Source: Pseudobdellovibrio sp. (GTDB taxonomy: Bacteria; Bdellovibrionota; Bdellovibrionia; Bdellovibrionales; Bdellovibrionaceae). From it: a DNA stretch of 64,000 nucleotides. Of the stretch, positions 1 to 10,600 are shown in pieces (the first letter of the stretch is position 1; every line of letters begins with the position of its first letter). A program made the translations under genes and the position numbers. Under the pieces are notes generated by a model, which was not told the origin of the DNA, did not search any database, and was given only the letters and a program-made list of their open reading frames with translations. The DNA lies in assembly GCA_023701385.1 (NCBI GenBank), contig JAMPXC010000010.1:12502-76501 (forward strand), given 5' to 3'.

Positions 1-2
1 AA

Positions 3-278
3 GGTTTTGCTTCGTGGATTCAATACCAGTTTGCACGCCGTTGGTGGTTACAAGTTCGCGGTGAAGAATTAACATTCAAAGAACAAGACCCAGCAGCCCT
101 TGAGCCGCTTCCAGAAAAGCAGAAAAAACAATCTATCTTAGTCGGTTATATTCCTTCAGAATTTTCTGGCATTCGCCTTCAATACGATCAATTGAATGAC
201 GGTGCAACAGACGATGAGAAACGTGTACTTCTGCAATTTAATTACAGTATTGGTGCTCACCCTGCGCACGCTTACTAA
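3..278 (+). CDS. 3' end of a putative outer-membrane porin/receptor associated with metal ABC uptake (5'-truncated by window edge)
   Basis: Open frame from base 3 to TAA 276-278, read by hand: ...SEFSGIRLQYDQ...RVLLQFNYSIGAHPAHAY*. The amphipathic terminal strand plus GAHxAHxY/F tail is typical of OM proteins encoded just before ZnuA-like binding proteins. Confidence 0.6.
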   Translation, partial: GFASWIQYQFARRWWLQVRGEELTFKEQDPAALEPLPEKQKKQSILVGYIPSEFSGIRLQYDQLNDGATDDEKRVLLQFNYSIGAHPAHAY

Positions 279-288
279 AGGATAAATC

Positions 289-1188
289 ATGAAATCTATT
301 TTAATTGGCCTATTCATATTCGTGGCGGCGTCTTTCGCTCAAGCGAAGCTGAACGTGGTGGCTACGACTGCCGATATTGCCGCTTTAGTGACTGTCGTTG
401 CTGGCGATAATATTCATCTTTCGCAAATTGCAAAGGGGTCGCAAGACCCCCACTATATCGAAGCTAAACCTTCGTTTATGGTTAAAATGCGCGATGCTGA
501 TTTAGTGATTACCAATGGCTTATCACTAGAAGTGGGTTGGCTTCCGACTTTAATAAAAGGGGCGCGTAATCCCAAGATTTCTGCCGGCTCAAAAGGTTAC
601 TTAGATCTTGGATCGCTAATCACACCGATTGAAAAACCGATGGGCTCGATCACAAGAGCTATGGGAGATGTTCATCCCGAAGGAAATCCGCATTTTACTC
701 TGGACCCGGTTCGCCGAAGTGAGTTGGCTTTAAAAATCGCCGATAAACTATCTGACTTAGATAATACGAATAAAGAAGTTTATCAGACGAACGCTAAAAA
801 ATATCAGGAAGCTATTACAAAAAAAATGGCTGACTGGTTAGTACGAATTAAAGCTTCAGGTGTAAAAACCGTTGTAACTTACCACCCGTCTATGAATTAT
901 TTTATGGATCGTTTTGAATTAAAAGTGCCGATTCATCTAGAAGCAAAGCCCGGTATTCCGCCATCAGCCCAGCATATTCTTTCAGTAATCGATACGGTAA
1001 AAAAAGAAAACACCAAATTAATTCTGGTGGATAGTTTTTTTGACACTAAGATTGCCGATCGCATCGTTAAAGAAGCTCCGAAAACTAAAGCCGTTTCGGT
1101 TGGCATCGCGGTTAATTCTTTACCTCAATTAAAAACTTTAGAAGATGTCACAGAGCAATTAGTTAAAGCTATCGAAAGTGCAAAGTAA
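289..1188 (+). CDS. Metal (Zn/Mn) ABC transporter substrate-binding protein, ZnuA/TroA family
   Basis: Signal peptide; QDPHYIEAKPS, GDVHPEGNPHFTLDP, TYHPS and EAKPGIPPS motifs. Confidence 0.9.
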   Translation: MKSILIGLFIFVAASFAQAKLNVVATTADIAALVTVVAGDNIHLSQIAKGSQDPHYIEAKPSFMVKMRDADLVITNGLSLEVGWLPTLIKGARNPKISAGSKGYLDLGSLITPIEKPMGSITRAMGDVHPEGNPHFTLDPVRRSELALKIADKLSDLDNTNKEVYQTNAKKYQEAITKKMADWLVRIKASGVKTVVTYHPSMNYFMDRFELKVPIHLEAKPGIPPSAQHILSVIDTVKKENTKLILVDSFFDTKIADRIVKEAPKTKAVSVGIAVNSLPQLKTLEDVTEQLVKAIESAK

Positions 1189-1189
1189 T

Positions 1190-1993
1190 ATGGACGCGGT
1201 ACAATTTTTATTAGCTCCTTTTGTTATGTGCCTTTTGTTAGTGGTTATTCACTGCTACTTAGGCCTGCATGTTTTAGCGCGTGGAGTTGTCTTTGTCGAT
1301 TTAAGCTTAGCACAGGTCGCCTCATTTGGGGCGACCGTAGCTTTACTATGGGACCCTGAACATGAATCTTCAACGGGTTATTTTGTAGCTCTTGCTGGAA
1401 CGTTTATCGCAGCCGCTATTTTTGCCATGGCCCGCAGGTTTGAAAAAAAACTTCCGCAAGAAGCTTTAATTGGCATTACCTACGCTTTTGCTTCAGCTGC
1501 GGTTGTACTTGTTATCGATAAACTCGCGCATGGTGCTGAACATTTAAAAGAAGCCTTAATTGGACAAATTCTTTGGGTGACATGGAGTGATGTTTTAAAA
1601 ACATTTTTAATCTACAGCGTAGTTGGTTTAATTCACTGGAAATTCAGAGATAAATTTTTACGAAACTCGTTTCAAAGTGAACACGGCCATTGGTTCTGGG
1701 ATTTTTTATTTTACGCTTTATTCGGTGTAGTGATTACCTCGTCAACATCAATTGCCGGAGTTCTACTGGTATTTTCGTTCTTAATTGTGCCCGCTGTATT
1801 AAGCTCATTGTTTGCAACCAGTATTGCCAAAAGACTTCTTTTTGGTTGGCTGTTAGGAGCCGTCGTTAGTCTTTTAGGAATGATTTTAAGTTACAAATTA
1901 GATCTTCCGGTGGGAGCGGTTTTAGTCGTGTTATTAACAAGTCTTCCAATTTTGGCCGTGCCCGTTCTTTTTTTAAAGCGCAGCCGCGTTTAA
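1190..1993 (+). CDS. Metal ABC transporter permease, ZnuB/ABC-3 family
   Basis: Multi-TM protein with HVLARGVVFVDLSLAQ and LLVFSFLIVPA motifs. ATG at 1190, 1 nt after the SBP stop, is preferred over the GTG at 1178. Confidence 0.88.
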   Translation: MDAVQFLLAPFVMCLLLVVIHCYLGLHVLARGVVFVDLSLAQVASFGATVALLWDPEHESSTGYFVALAGTFIAAAIFAMARRFEKKLPQEALIGITYAFASAAVVLVIDKLAHGAEHLKEALIGQILWVTWSDVLKTFLIYSVVGLIHWKFRDKFLRNSFQSEHGHWFWDFLFYALFGVVITSSTSIAGVLLVFSFLIVPAVLSSLFATSIAKRLLFGWLLGAVVSLLGMILSYKLDLPVGAVLVVLLTSLPILAVPVLFLKRSRV

Positions 1994-2070
1994 TTTAAGA
2001 ACCAAACTGCCCCGTTTCATTTGGCTCCGTCGTTTGCAGAAAATATTATGACGCAAACAAAGGAGTCAAA

Positions 2071-2337
2071 ATGGAAGAGCGTGGAATTATTGCGACCGTG
2101 ATCATTGGCTTTATTGTGGGCCTTGTCGCCCGCTTTGTAAAACCAGGTGATGATAAATCGGGATTAATCATGACAACGATCTTAGGTATTATCGGAGCCT
2201 TTGTCGGTTCTTTTCTAGGCCAAGCTTTCGGAATTTACGGTCCTAATGAAAGAGCTGGATTTATCGGCGCTGTCGTCGGTGCCATTGTTGTTTTAGCTTT
2301 GGTGAATACGTTTAATAAAAAGCGAGCACTTCCTTAA
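2071..2337 (+). CDS. GlsB/YeaQ/YmgE family stress-response membrane protein
   Basis: 88 aa, three Gly-rich TM helices (IIGFIVGLVARFVKPG...GFIGAVVGAIVVL); AAGGAG SD upstream. Confidence 0.88.
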   Translation: MEERGIIATVIIGFIVGLVARFVKPGDDKSGLIMTTILGIIGAFVGSFLGQAFGIYGPNERAGFIGAVVGAIVVLALVNTFNKKRALP

Positions 2338-2341
2338 AAGA

Positions 2342-5300
2342 CTATTTACAGAACGGCGCTGAAGGGTCTTTAGTGCATAAATAAAATTTAACAGATTGCA
2401 GCTCTTTAGACTGGGCTGCATTTTCTTCTTTAAGCTTCACATTTTCATCTTCTAGTTTTTGATTCAACGAGGCGATCTGACGAGCTTGGTTTACTTGTTC
2501 AGTTTGGAGCCCTAAAAATTCTTTATACAAATCTTTGATGGCATTGATCATCGCCCAAAAAATCGGTGTTGTATTCAGTGATAAAAAGCCATCTTTATCT
2601 TCTTTTACCGCTTCTGGAATTTGCTTTTGCACTTCTTGGGCAATTACACCCGTGTATTCTTCTGTCGAATTAATTCCTTTAGGATTGTTTTCTTTATAAC
2701 GGAATTTGATCATATTTAAATTCGTAATTTCGCGAAGTCCACGGTTGTAATCACTGGTAATATCTTTTAAGCGACGATCCGATGGCACAGTCCAACCCAC
2801 ATCACCACCGTTACGATACGGCGTTCCGGTAATGCGAAGATCACCACTAACATCCAGCGTGTAACCTGGAGTCGGTGTTCCTATACCGACGCGGCCTGTG
2901 TCGGTAATACGCATTCTTTCTGTTCCTGCATCTGTGTTTCCAGTTTTAGTATAAAAAGCAAAATTCGAAGTGGTGTTATTCACTGACCATAAACCAGCGG
3001 TATTAGTTCCACCATCAAAACTAAAAAATGTTCCACCGTAACTAGGTGCTGCCACACTGTGGGCCCCACCACCACGAATTAAAGCACTACCCGTAACATC
3101 AATATTATAAGCTGGAGTCGGCGTTCCAATCCCAACGTTACCATTTGATTTAACCGTAAGCCATTCAGTCCCATTTGCACCTGAGGTATCCAAACCTTGA
3201 CCTATTGATATTCTGTCTAAAGTATTTCCTGTAGATCCATGGGCCGTGAGACCACCTAGTTGACTTCCATCGTTCGAGAAAAATGCAAATTGTCTTTTCC
3301 ATACAGTCCATGTCGAGTCTGTACGGACACCTAAACCATAGGGATGAGATAGCGGTCGATCCGCGACTATATTTCCCGCGGTATGCAAAGTGTACGCTGG
3401 ACTTGACGTTCCAATACCGACATTACCGGAAGTATCTACTCTTATCCTTTCGAGCCCTGTGGTTCCCAAAGCTAAAAAGCCTCCCGAAGTTGATCCACCT
3501 CTGTAAAACTTAAGAAAACCGTTATTTTCATCTCCCTGAAAGCTGTGCACAAGCCCGAATGTCTGAACGATAGTTGGTTGCGTGTCCCACGATTTAACGA
3601 TGAGTTTATTGTTTTCATTACTTGTTGCTAAAATGGCAGCATCCGTATTTGCTCCGCTGTTAATTTCTAATCTAGCTGTTGGTGAAGATGTTCCTAAACC
3701 GACGTTTCCGCTTTCATTTCTAATTGTCATCACAGCAGTATCAGCACCAGCTGTTCTTCGTGAGATAGTCAATGGAACATTCCCACCTAAATTATCTCTT
3801 GTATCTATTTTCCAGCCATAATCATTATTCGATGAGGTTAATAAAAGATGATTGTCATTAAAGGCGCCTAGATGCAACTTCGCTCCTGGAGTCGTCGTTC
3901 CGATACCGACGTTTCCGGCATAGGTCGTTGTTAACACATCCGTTCCGGCTGTGACAGAACGAAGATGAAAATCGTTTAGTGAAGAATAAAATCCGTACTG
4001 GTTTCCGCCCGTTGTTGATCTAATCACTAATCCATCGGCAATGGTTCCACCAGAACCTTCAATGTGTAATTTAGCCGAAGGAGTCGTTGTTGCGATACCA
4101 ACATTACCTCCGTAGGCTTGAAGTGTGAGGTTTCTGATATTGCTGACGCCAGTTTCTGTCGATTGCAACCACGTGACCTTGTTACCACCGGTATCGGTTC
4201 CTACACCCACATTAAGGGCCATTAAAGAACTGGAATTCGCAATTTGGAACTGACCAGTTTGGGTCGTGAAACTAGTAGAACCTTTCAAGGCCAATAAGTG
4301 TGCGGGGCTTGTCGTACCGATTCCGACGTTGCCTGAACTATCGATACGCATTTTTTCTGAATTATCGACTTCAAAAGCTATGCGTGATGATGCATTGACA
4401 TTACCCTCATCAGCTTCAAGAACTAAATTACCACCAGAATCAGTATGCACTAGAGCATATTTTCCGGATGCCTCTTCCATTCGGGCACCAGCATTATTGC
4501 CATAAACATGTAACAAACTTCCAGGCGATGATGTCCCAATACCGACATTTCCGCCATTTGGTGCTAATAAAATATTTCCTTTTGTCGCGTGTGTCGTTGA
4601 ATCTAATGTCAGTGATCCGCCCGACACAATGGACCCCGCAATATACGGAGAAATCATTCCCGATGTGGCGGTGACCGATACCCCTTGGATAGTTCCGCCG
4701 GCGTTGATGTTACCCGCAACACCTAAGCCACCGTTAACAATTAAAGCTCCGGTGTTTGACGAAGTTGACGCCACCGTTGATGAAACAATTACGCTATTTG
4801 CTCCGTTATTTGGAGTCATGCTAATGTTTCCTGAAGAATTAATATTCGAAGCATTATCTATTGTTCCGGCACTTGAACCAGTTGCAATTGCTCTTCGCGT
4901 ATTTGTACTGTCTGTTAAATAAAAGTTTGTACCGTCATACTCCATCGTGCCTGATTGTGGTGATGAGAGTAACGTGCCTGAGGTAAATTTTAACGGCGCC
5001 ACTGATGCTGTTCCAGAAACTAAATGAAGTTTCGCAGTCGGTGCTATGATACCTATACCGACGTTACCATTTTTTAAAATGATCATTGCATTTGAACGGG
5101 ATCCGCTCGACATACCGTTACCGACAACAAGTAATGGGTCAGTTGCGATCCATGAATTTTTGTTTGCAGTAATTATGGTATTGTAGGTACCAAGTGTAGT
5201 AGAACGATAGGAATAAGCCAACGAACCAGCACCAATAGCCACTGCATAATCAGCATCAGTATCCGCATTTGAACCAAGCGCGATAGAATGGCTTCCTGAA

Positions 5301-7429
5301 GCGCTACTGCTGCCTGCTGCAAAACTATAATAGCCAGATGAATAACTACTATCAAAGGCTGTCGAGTGAGTTCCAGTGGCCTGACCCTCGTTGAAGGCGA
5401 CTGCGCCATACTCGGTAGCCTGAGCGTAGTGGCCGATCGCGATGGAATGATCTGCCGTCGCATATCCACCGTGCATGGCAATTGATCCATAGCCTGAAGC
5501 GACCGGCGAATTCGCACCGTAAGCAAAACTTCCTTCACCAATACTTGCATCATCCCATTCAGTTGAGCCAGCGTAACCGCCGCGAAATGCCGCTTTCTTC
5601 GCATAGAAGAACATTCTTGTGCCCGCACCAGAAACACTGAGGTTATTTCCGACTCCCCACGCTCCGCCATTAACAAGTAAATCACCTTCGACATGAAGTT
5701 TTTGAATGGGATTACTTGTTCCGATGCCTACGTTGCCAGAGGTGTAATAAATATCACTTCCGGTTGTCGTCCACTGCGTCGGTGTTACAGATCCACTCGC
5801 TGCTGGAGTGTACCCCAACGCACCGGTCACATCACCTGCCGTGATTTGTGATCCACTAGTGACACGGCCTTTACTATCGACTGTGACCTTCGTGTAAGTG
5901 CCAGCGGTCACACCTGAGTTTGATAAAATAATTGTATTTGATGCCGCAGCAATTGTGGCGTCACCAGTAAAACTTGGTAATCGCGCAATCGCCAATGTTC
6001 CTGTCGCCGAGGCACTTCCTAAATCAATCGTTGAAGCTGTTGCTAATGTACCTAAGCCTAAGTTAGTACGTGCCGTTGCGATATTTGTTAAATCAGAAAG
6101 GTTATTTGCTTTCTGCACGTAAGTTCCACTGACCGAATTATCTGCCGGAACATAACCTAATACCTGCGCGATACTCGCCGCACTTGATGTGATTTTATTA
6201 CTAAAGCTCACGTAATCTACATTAGAAATTAGTCCTGCAGTTACAGCTCCCGTTGAAGCGAGCGGAATATTTAAAGTATGCACTCCGTTTGAAGTATTAA
6301 AATTCGGGGCGGTGCCCCCCGCCCCGATAGCAAATGACTGTGTGCCGCTGGTTGAGCCGTTGAAATTTGTAATACCCGCGCCAGATACGCCGAATGCTTG
6401 CCATGAGGTTCCGTTACAGTATTCGATATTACTTGCGTTGTATCTTAAAGTTCCCGCTAGAGCTGGTGCACATGTCGTGCTTTCAGTACCGATACGCACA
6501 CCGCCTGATACATCAAGCGCAGTCACCGGCGTAGTTATACCAATACCAACATTTCCTGAAGAGTAAGAAATCGCTGTTCCCGAAGTTATCCATTGCGACG
6601 AGGTCATCGCAGCAAATGAAGCCGCTACCGAATTTTGTAGACTTGTCACTGTCGACGATACTGAAAATACAGTTGAACTTACACTTGAAGCATAACTTGA
6701 AACTCCGGCCACAGTCGAAGACACTGTTGAAAGATCAGCTGTTACTGCAGAAACACTTGCTCCATCAGCCGGAGTATAACCAAGAGCGGTAATCACCGTC
6801 GATGATGTGACCGATCCCCCGCTTCCGCCAACAGCTACGCAAGAAAAACTAGAACCGTTGTAGTGAACAGCTTCACTCGCCGCACAAGTTGGAATCGCAC
6901 TTATTTGCACAAAAGCAATGTCAGTTTTTCCGTTCAGTGTTAACGAATCATTGGCATACATTGCGTAAGGTACCGCATTGATATTCATCGCTGGCAACGT
7001 TTGCCAACCGCTGCCGTCATGAAATTGCATGACAATTTTTCTGATATCTGTAGACGTCGGAGAATAACTTGCAGGACCACCGGTATCGCAAGATAAGCTT
7101 GGAGTGATATTCGAAAAAACTTGTTCAAATGTTGTTGCCGATGCCGGATAAGTTTTAACTCCTGAGCCCAATGAAAAAGAAATTAATCCGCTTGTGCTGG
7201 ACATATTCACTGAAGAATAAGTTTCCGAATAAAGAATACAGCTTCCCGCAGGATCTAGAATGGTAAATTTAAAATTCACACTTGAAGCTTCAAGCGGATA
7301 ACCATCGGGCTTAATAATTTTAGCTTGATACGTAGTGCGTGATGGACCTGCAAAGGCTGATGTCGCGTTTACAAAAATAAACACAAAAAACAAAATGACA
7401 TGAATCAGCCAGTTACGTGCGGTTTTCAC
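2342..7429 (-). CDS. MAT-type phage-tail-fibre-like trimeric adhesin 1, with YadA-like head repeats and C-terminal peptidase S74 chaperone
   Basis: Signal peptide, then N-domain RTTYQAKI...GWQTLPAMxINAVPYAMYA; many GNVGIGTxxP repeats; SxAxG beta-roll repeats (GSFAYG...SIALG); SDRRLK S74 motif, coiled coil and YLCxKDPSAPFC tail. Start re-assigned to GTG 7429; the ORF track opens at 7489. Confidence 0.88.
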   Translation of the reverse strand: MKTARNWLIHVILFFVFIFVNATSAFAGPSRTTYQAKIIKPDGYPLEASSVNFKFTILDPAGSCILYSETYSSVNMSSTSGLISFSLGSGVKTYPASATTFEQVFSNITPSLSCDTGGPASYSPTSTDIRKIVMQFHDGSGWQTLPAMNINAVPYAMYANDSLTLNGKTDIAFVQISAIPTCAASEAVHYNGSSFSCVAVGGSGGSVTSSTVITALGYTPADGASVSAVTADLSTVSSTVAGVSSYASSVSSTVFSVSSTVTSLQNSVAASFAAMTSSQWITSGTAISYSSGNVGIGITTPVTALDVSGGVRIGTESTTCAPALAGTLRYNASNIEYCNGTSWQAFGVSGAGITNFNGSTSGTQSFAIGAGGTAPNFNTSNGVHTLNIPLASTGAVTAGLISNVDYVSFSNKITSSAASIAQVLGYVPADNSVSGTYVQKANNLSDLTNIATARTNLGLGTLATASTIDLGSASATGTLAIARLPSFTGDATIAAASNTIILSNSGVTAGTYTKVTVDSKGRVTSGSQITAGDVTGALGYTPAASGSVTPTQWTTTGSDIYYTSGNVGIGTSNPIQKLHVEGDLLVNGGAWGVGNNLSVSGAGTRMFFYAKKAAFRGGYAGSTEWDDASIGEGSFAYGANSPVASGYGSIAMHGGYATADHSIAIGHYAQATEYGAVAFNEGQATGTHSTAFDSSYSSGYYSFAAGSSSASGSHSIALGSNADTDADYAVAIGAGSLAYSYRSTTLGTYNTIITANKNSWIATDPLLVVGNGMSSGSRSNAMIILKNGNVGIGIIAPTAKLHLVSGTASVAPLKFTSGTLLSSPQSGTMEYDGTNFYLTDSTNTRRAIATGSSAGTIDNASNINSSGNISMTPNNGANSVIVSSTVASTSSNTGALIVNGGLGVAGNINAGGTIQGVSVTATSGMISPYIAGSIVSGGSLTLDSTTHATKGNILLAPNGGNVGIGTSSPGSLLHVYGNNAGARMEEASGKYALVHTDSGGNLVLEADEGNVNASSRIAFEVDNSEKMRIDSSGNVGIGTTSPAHLLALKGSTSFTTQTGQFQIANSSSLMALNVGVGTDTGGNKVTWLQSTETGVSNIRNLTLQAYGGNVGIATTTPSAKLHIEGSGGTIADGLVIRSTTGGNQYGFYSSLNDFHLRSVTAGTDVLTTTYAGNVGIGTTTPGAKLHLGAFNDNHLLLTSSNNDYGWKIDTRDNLGGNVPLTISRRTAGADTAVMTIRNESGNVGLGTSSPTARLEINSGANTDAAILATSNENNKLIVKSWDTQPTIVQTFGLVHSFQGDENNGFLKFYRGGSTSGGFLALGTTGLERIRVDTSGNVGIGTSSPAYTLHTAGNIVADRPLSHPYGLGVRTDSTWTVWKRQFAFFSNDGSQLGGLTAHGSTGNTLDRISIGQGLDTSGANGTEWLTVKSNGNVGIGTPTPAYNIDVTGSALIRGGGAHSVAAPSYGGTFFSFDGGTNTAGLWSVNNTTSNFAFYTKTGNTDAGTERMRITDTGRVGIGTPTPGYTLDVSGDLRITGTPYRNGGDVGWTVPSDRRLKDITSDYNRGLREITNLNMIKFRYKENNPKGINSTEEYTGVIAQEVQKQIPEAVKEDKDGFLSLNTTPIFWAMINAIKDLYKEFLGLQTEQVNQARQIASLNQKLEDENVKLKEENAAQSKELQSVKFYLCTKDPSAPFCK
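5763..6532. repeat. Copy 1 of a ~770 bp direct repeat shared by fibre genes 1 and 3
   Basis: Colinear with 16651-17420 at a constant offset of 10888; 6075-6217 is identical to 16963-17105 over 143 bp, checked by eye. Confidence 0.92.
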
Positions 7430-7436
7430 AGGTAAC

Positions 7437-7444
7437 TTATCGGT
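7437..7444 (-). promoter_or_regulatory. sigma28/FliA-like -10 box (ACCGATAA) of fibre gene 1
   Basis: 7/8 match to GCCGATAA, exactly 7 nt before in-frame GTG 7429; no SD; -35 is weak (TCGAG). Confidence 0.6.
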
Positions 7445-7661
7445 ATTATTCTGTTTTTTCTCGAATGCTCCGGTGCAATTCAATGACATTGAGAGCGCAG
7501 CTGAATTGTCTTAATGTTTCAATTTAAGACAAATGAGTTCAAACACTTATAAAAATCAGCAATATGTTGCCGAATACCGCGACTGTAAACCGAAAACACG
7601 ATGACGAAATGAATTACTGACAGCCAGTTGGGTTGTAGCGCGGCAGAAATAACAACTGCAC

Positions 7662-10600
7662 TTAGTTACAAAAAGGTGCTGAAGTATTTTGGTTACACAG
7701 GTAGGCTTTGATAGTTTCGTTTTGCTGCTTAAGCTGTAAATTTTCAGATTCAAGTTTTTCTGTTTTTGTTTTTAGCGCTTGTACTTCAGCACTGTCAGCT
7801 TTTGAAGCTATCTGTCGGTCTTGTTTTTCAAAACGATTCACGACGAACGCATACAATTCTTTAACCGCCTGGATAACTGGAGCCACTAAAACAGCGTAAT
7901 CTACTTTTTTGTAACCTGTATTTTTATCGTTCATCACAGCTGTCGGAAATACTTTTTCCACATCTTGCGCTATGACCCCGATATCGTGACGGCCATGGCT
8001 TAATGATTTTTCATTCCAATCAAATTCTACACCTTTTAAAGAATTAATTTTTTCTAAAGCATACGGAATTGGTTTAACATTTTCTTTTAACCGGGCATCA
8101 GATGAACAGTTCGTACCACCTGCACCATTTCCCAAAGTACAATCAGTTGAGCCTTGTACACGTAAGTTACCTACGACATGAAGTTTTTCATTCGGAGTTG
8201 TTATACCGATACCGACATAACCGGCCGAGCTAATATGTAGTGATTCAGGCACTGCTCCACTCCAAGTCACTGTTTGGTTCGCTGTTCCTATAGCTGTATT
8301 TCCTGTAAAAAACGAGATTGTTCCATCGCCTAATAAGATTCTGGACGCACCTCTTGCTCCGAGATATTTGTATCCAGTACCATCTGAAGCAATCACTGCA
8401 CCACCCACCAGATTCGTTAATCCTTGCCCCTGGCCGGTGTCGATGGTCATTCCTGAACCGGTGGTTCCGTTGATTGAATTTTCTACTTTAAAGCCCGGTA
8501 GAACATTCGGATTTGCCGTCGTATTATCGATATGCAATTTTGCAGTGGCACTGACCGTTGCAATACCTACATTACCATTGTACTTAATAGATAGCGCGGT
8601 GGTTTCTGTACCGGAGTCTTTAGCAACAAAATCGTAAGAGACATTACCCCAAGCTTGATGGTTTCTTTTGAGTGCAAGATTCCAGGTATCGGGGTGAGTT
8701 GAAAATCCCCAACGCTGAAGAGTGTTCACTCCTGTATTTTCATCTGTTACACCGCAAGTTCCAGTCGTGTCGCCGGAAGGACAGTTATATTTAGCCATAA
8801 CATCAAGACCTTTTTCGGCAGCTGCAAATCCATAAACTGAAACACGTGCCGAAGGATTTGTCGTTCCGACTCCGAAGTTACCATTCGCTGTCATTCTTGC
8901 TCTTTCTGTCACGACACCATTAGCATCATTGGTTTTGAACAACAGAGGTTCTGTGCCATCGTCTCCCCAGATAAGTGTGGCATATTTTTCGTTGCTGCCA
9001 TTATTTTCTAAACCGATATAAAAGTTGTCGCTATCGTCTCCCATCATCACGCCCATAGTTCGACTTACCGACCAACCAGTTACCACACCTGAAAAAGGTG
9101 AACCGATCTGCAATTTGGTCACGGGAGTATTCGTTCCGATACCGACATTTCCACTCGGAGCAATTTTTAATTTAGAGATTCCCCAAGCTGTGCCATCGGT
9201 TGATTGGTAAAAATCTAAACTTCCGGGGTTCGTCGAATCGCCATTACCTTGATGAATCAGCCAGTGATTACCACCACCGATAGTTCCACTGGTTGAACTA
9301 AAACGAATTGTCGGTTTATCACCTTGTAGAGTGACTGCGCCGTAAGAGCCGTTCCAATCACCGAGCACGTTTAATTTACCATTCGGAGAAACTGTTCCAA
9401 TTCCAACATTACCATTCGAGGTAATTCGCATTTGTTCAGTGAGTGTTGTTCCTGAAGCCGTTGTAAATTCGATAAAACTATTATGAACACTGGAGCTTTG
9501 ATTACTTTCAGCTATAACCCTAATGTGGCCAACCTCATTAAAAGATGTGCCATCATAGGCGCCGCCGATAAGATTCAGCAACGGATCTCCGGCTTGCACC
9601 GCTGTCGGCGCGCCACTGTTACCGCGGGCCGCTCTTCCCCAAATTTGTGCCGCATTTCCACCGACTGAATAATTGTCAATGACAAGATTTCTTGGCATAG
9701 CTGTCGATTCATCAACGATGTGTAATTTTGCCGAAGGACTCTGCGTGCCGATACCGACGTTGCCTGAGCCCTTGATGATCATTTTTGTTGAAACAGCGCC
9801 AGCCCCTGCATTAAAAAATTCTAAATCACCGGAATAGGTTGCGTGATTATGATCGGTAACTCGAGTGGCTACTCCACCCGCTTCTTGAAAAGCCGAAGCG
9901 CCAACACCAGTCGTATCAGATCTCATCGAAAAAACAATCGAAGCTCCCGTAGTCTGCGCATTATAAAGGGCTGTGTTGGTGCTTCCAGAATCTTCACGCA
10001 CGACAAGCCTTCTTTGAGGTGCGTTTGTGCCGATACCGACATTGCCTGTAGCCCGATTAATAGAAAAGTTAGTCGCTAAATATGCTCCCGCATCGTTGTA
10101 TGAATTTAAATAAAAATTTGATCCCGCATTACTTCCTGATTCAGATGCATCGTTTACACCCATAATCCATCGTGAAACACCACTCGTCATAAAAGACACT
10201 TCTCGATGCGTTCCTGCAGCACCATCAATACCAAGAGCATTTTCATTGGCGCCACCTTTATCAAAGACCGTTAAATCAGCTGTTGGATTTGCTGTGCCTA
10301 TACCGACGTTACCATTATTCTGTACTCTGAAAAGAGTATTTATTGTTGCTCCGCTATCAGGAGTTGTTCTGACCCAAAATGCTGCATTTGAAGATGGAGC
10401 ACCTTCTGATGTTTGAATAATTGCACCATATGGCGTTGTAGAGTTTGCAGTAATTGCATAGCCTGTTCCAATATTACTTCCGATCGATAGAACACTATTA
10501 GGAGTATTCGTTCCGATACCCACGTATCCGCTATTCGGTGCCAATAAGATATTTCCCTTATTTGCGTGAGTTGTCGAATCAAGAACTAGTGATCCGCCTG

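Noticed and set aside
2022-2037. sigma54-like TGGC...TTGCA upstream of the GlsB-family gene
   Set aside because: GG-to-GC spacing is 11 nt instead of the required 10.
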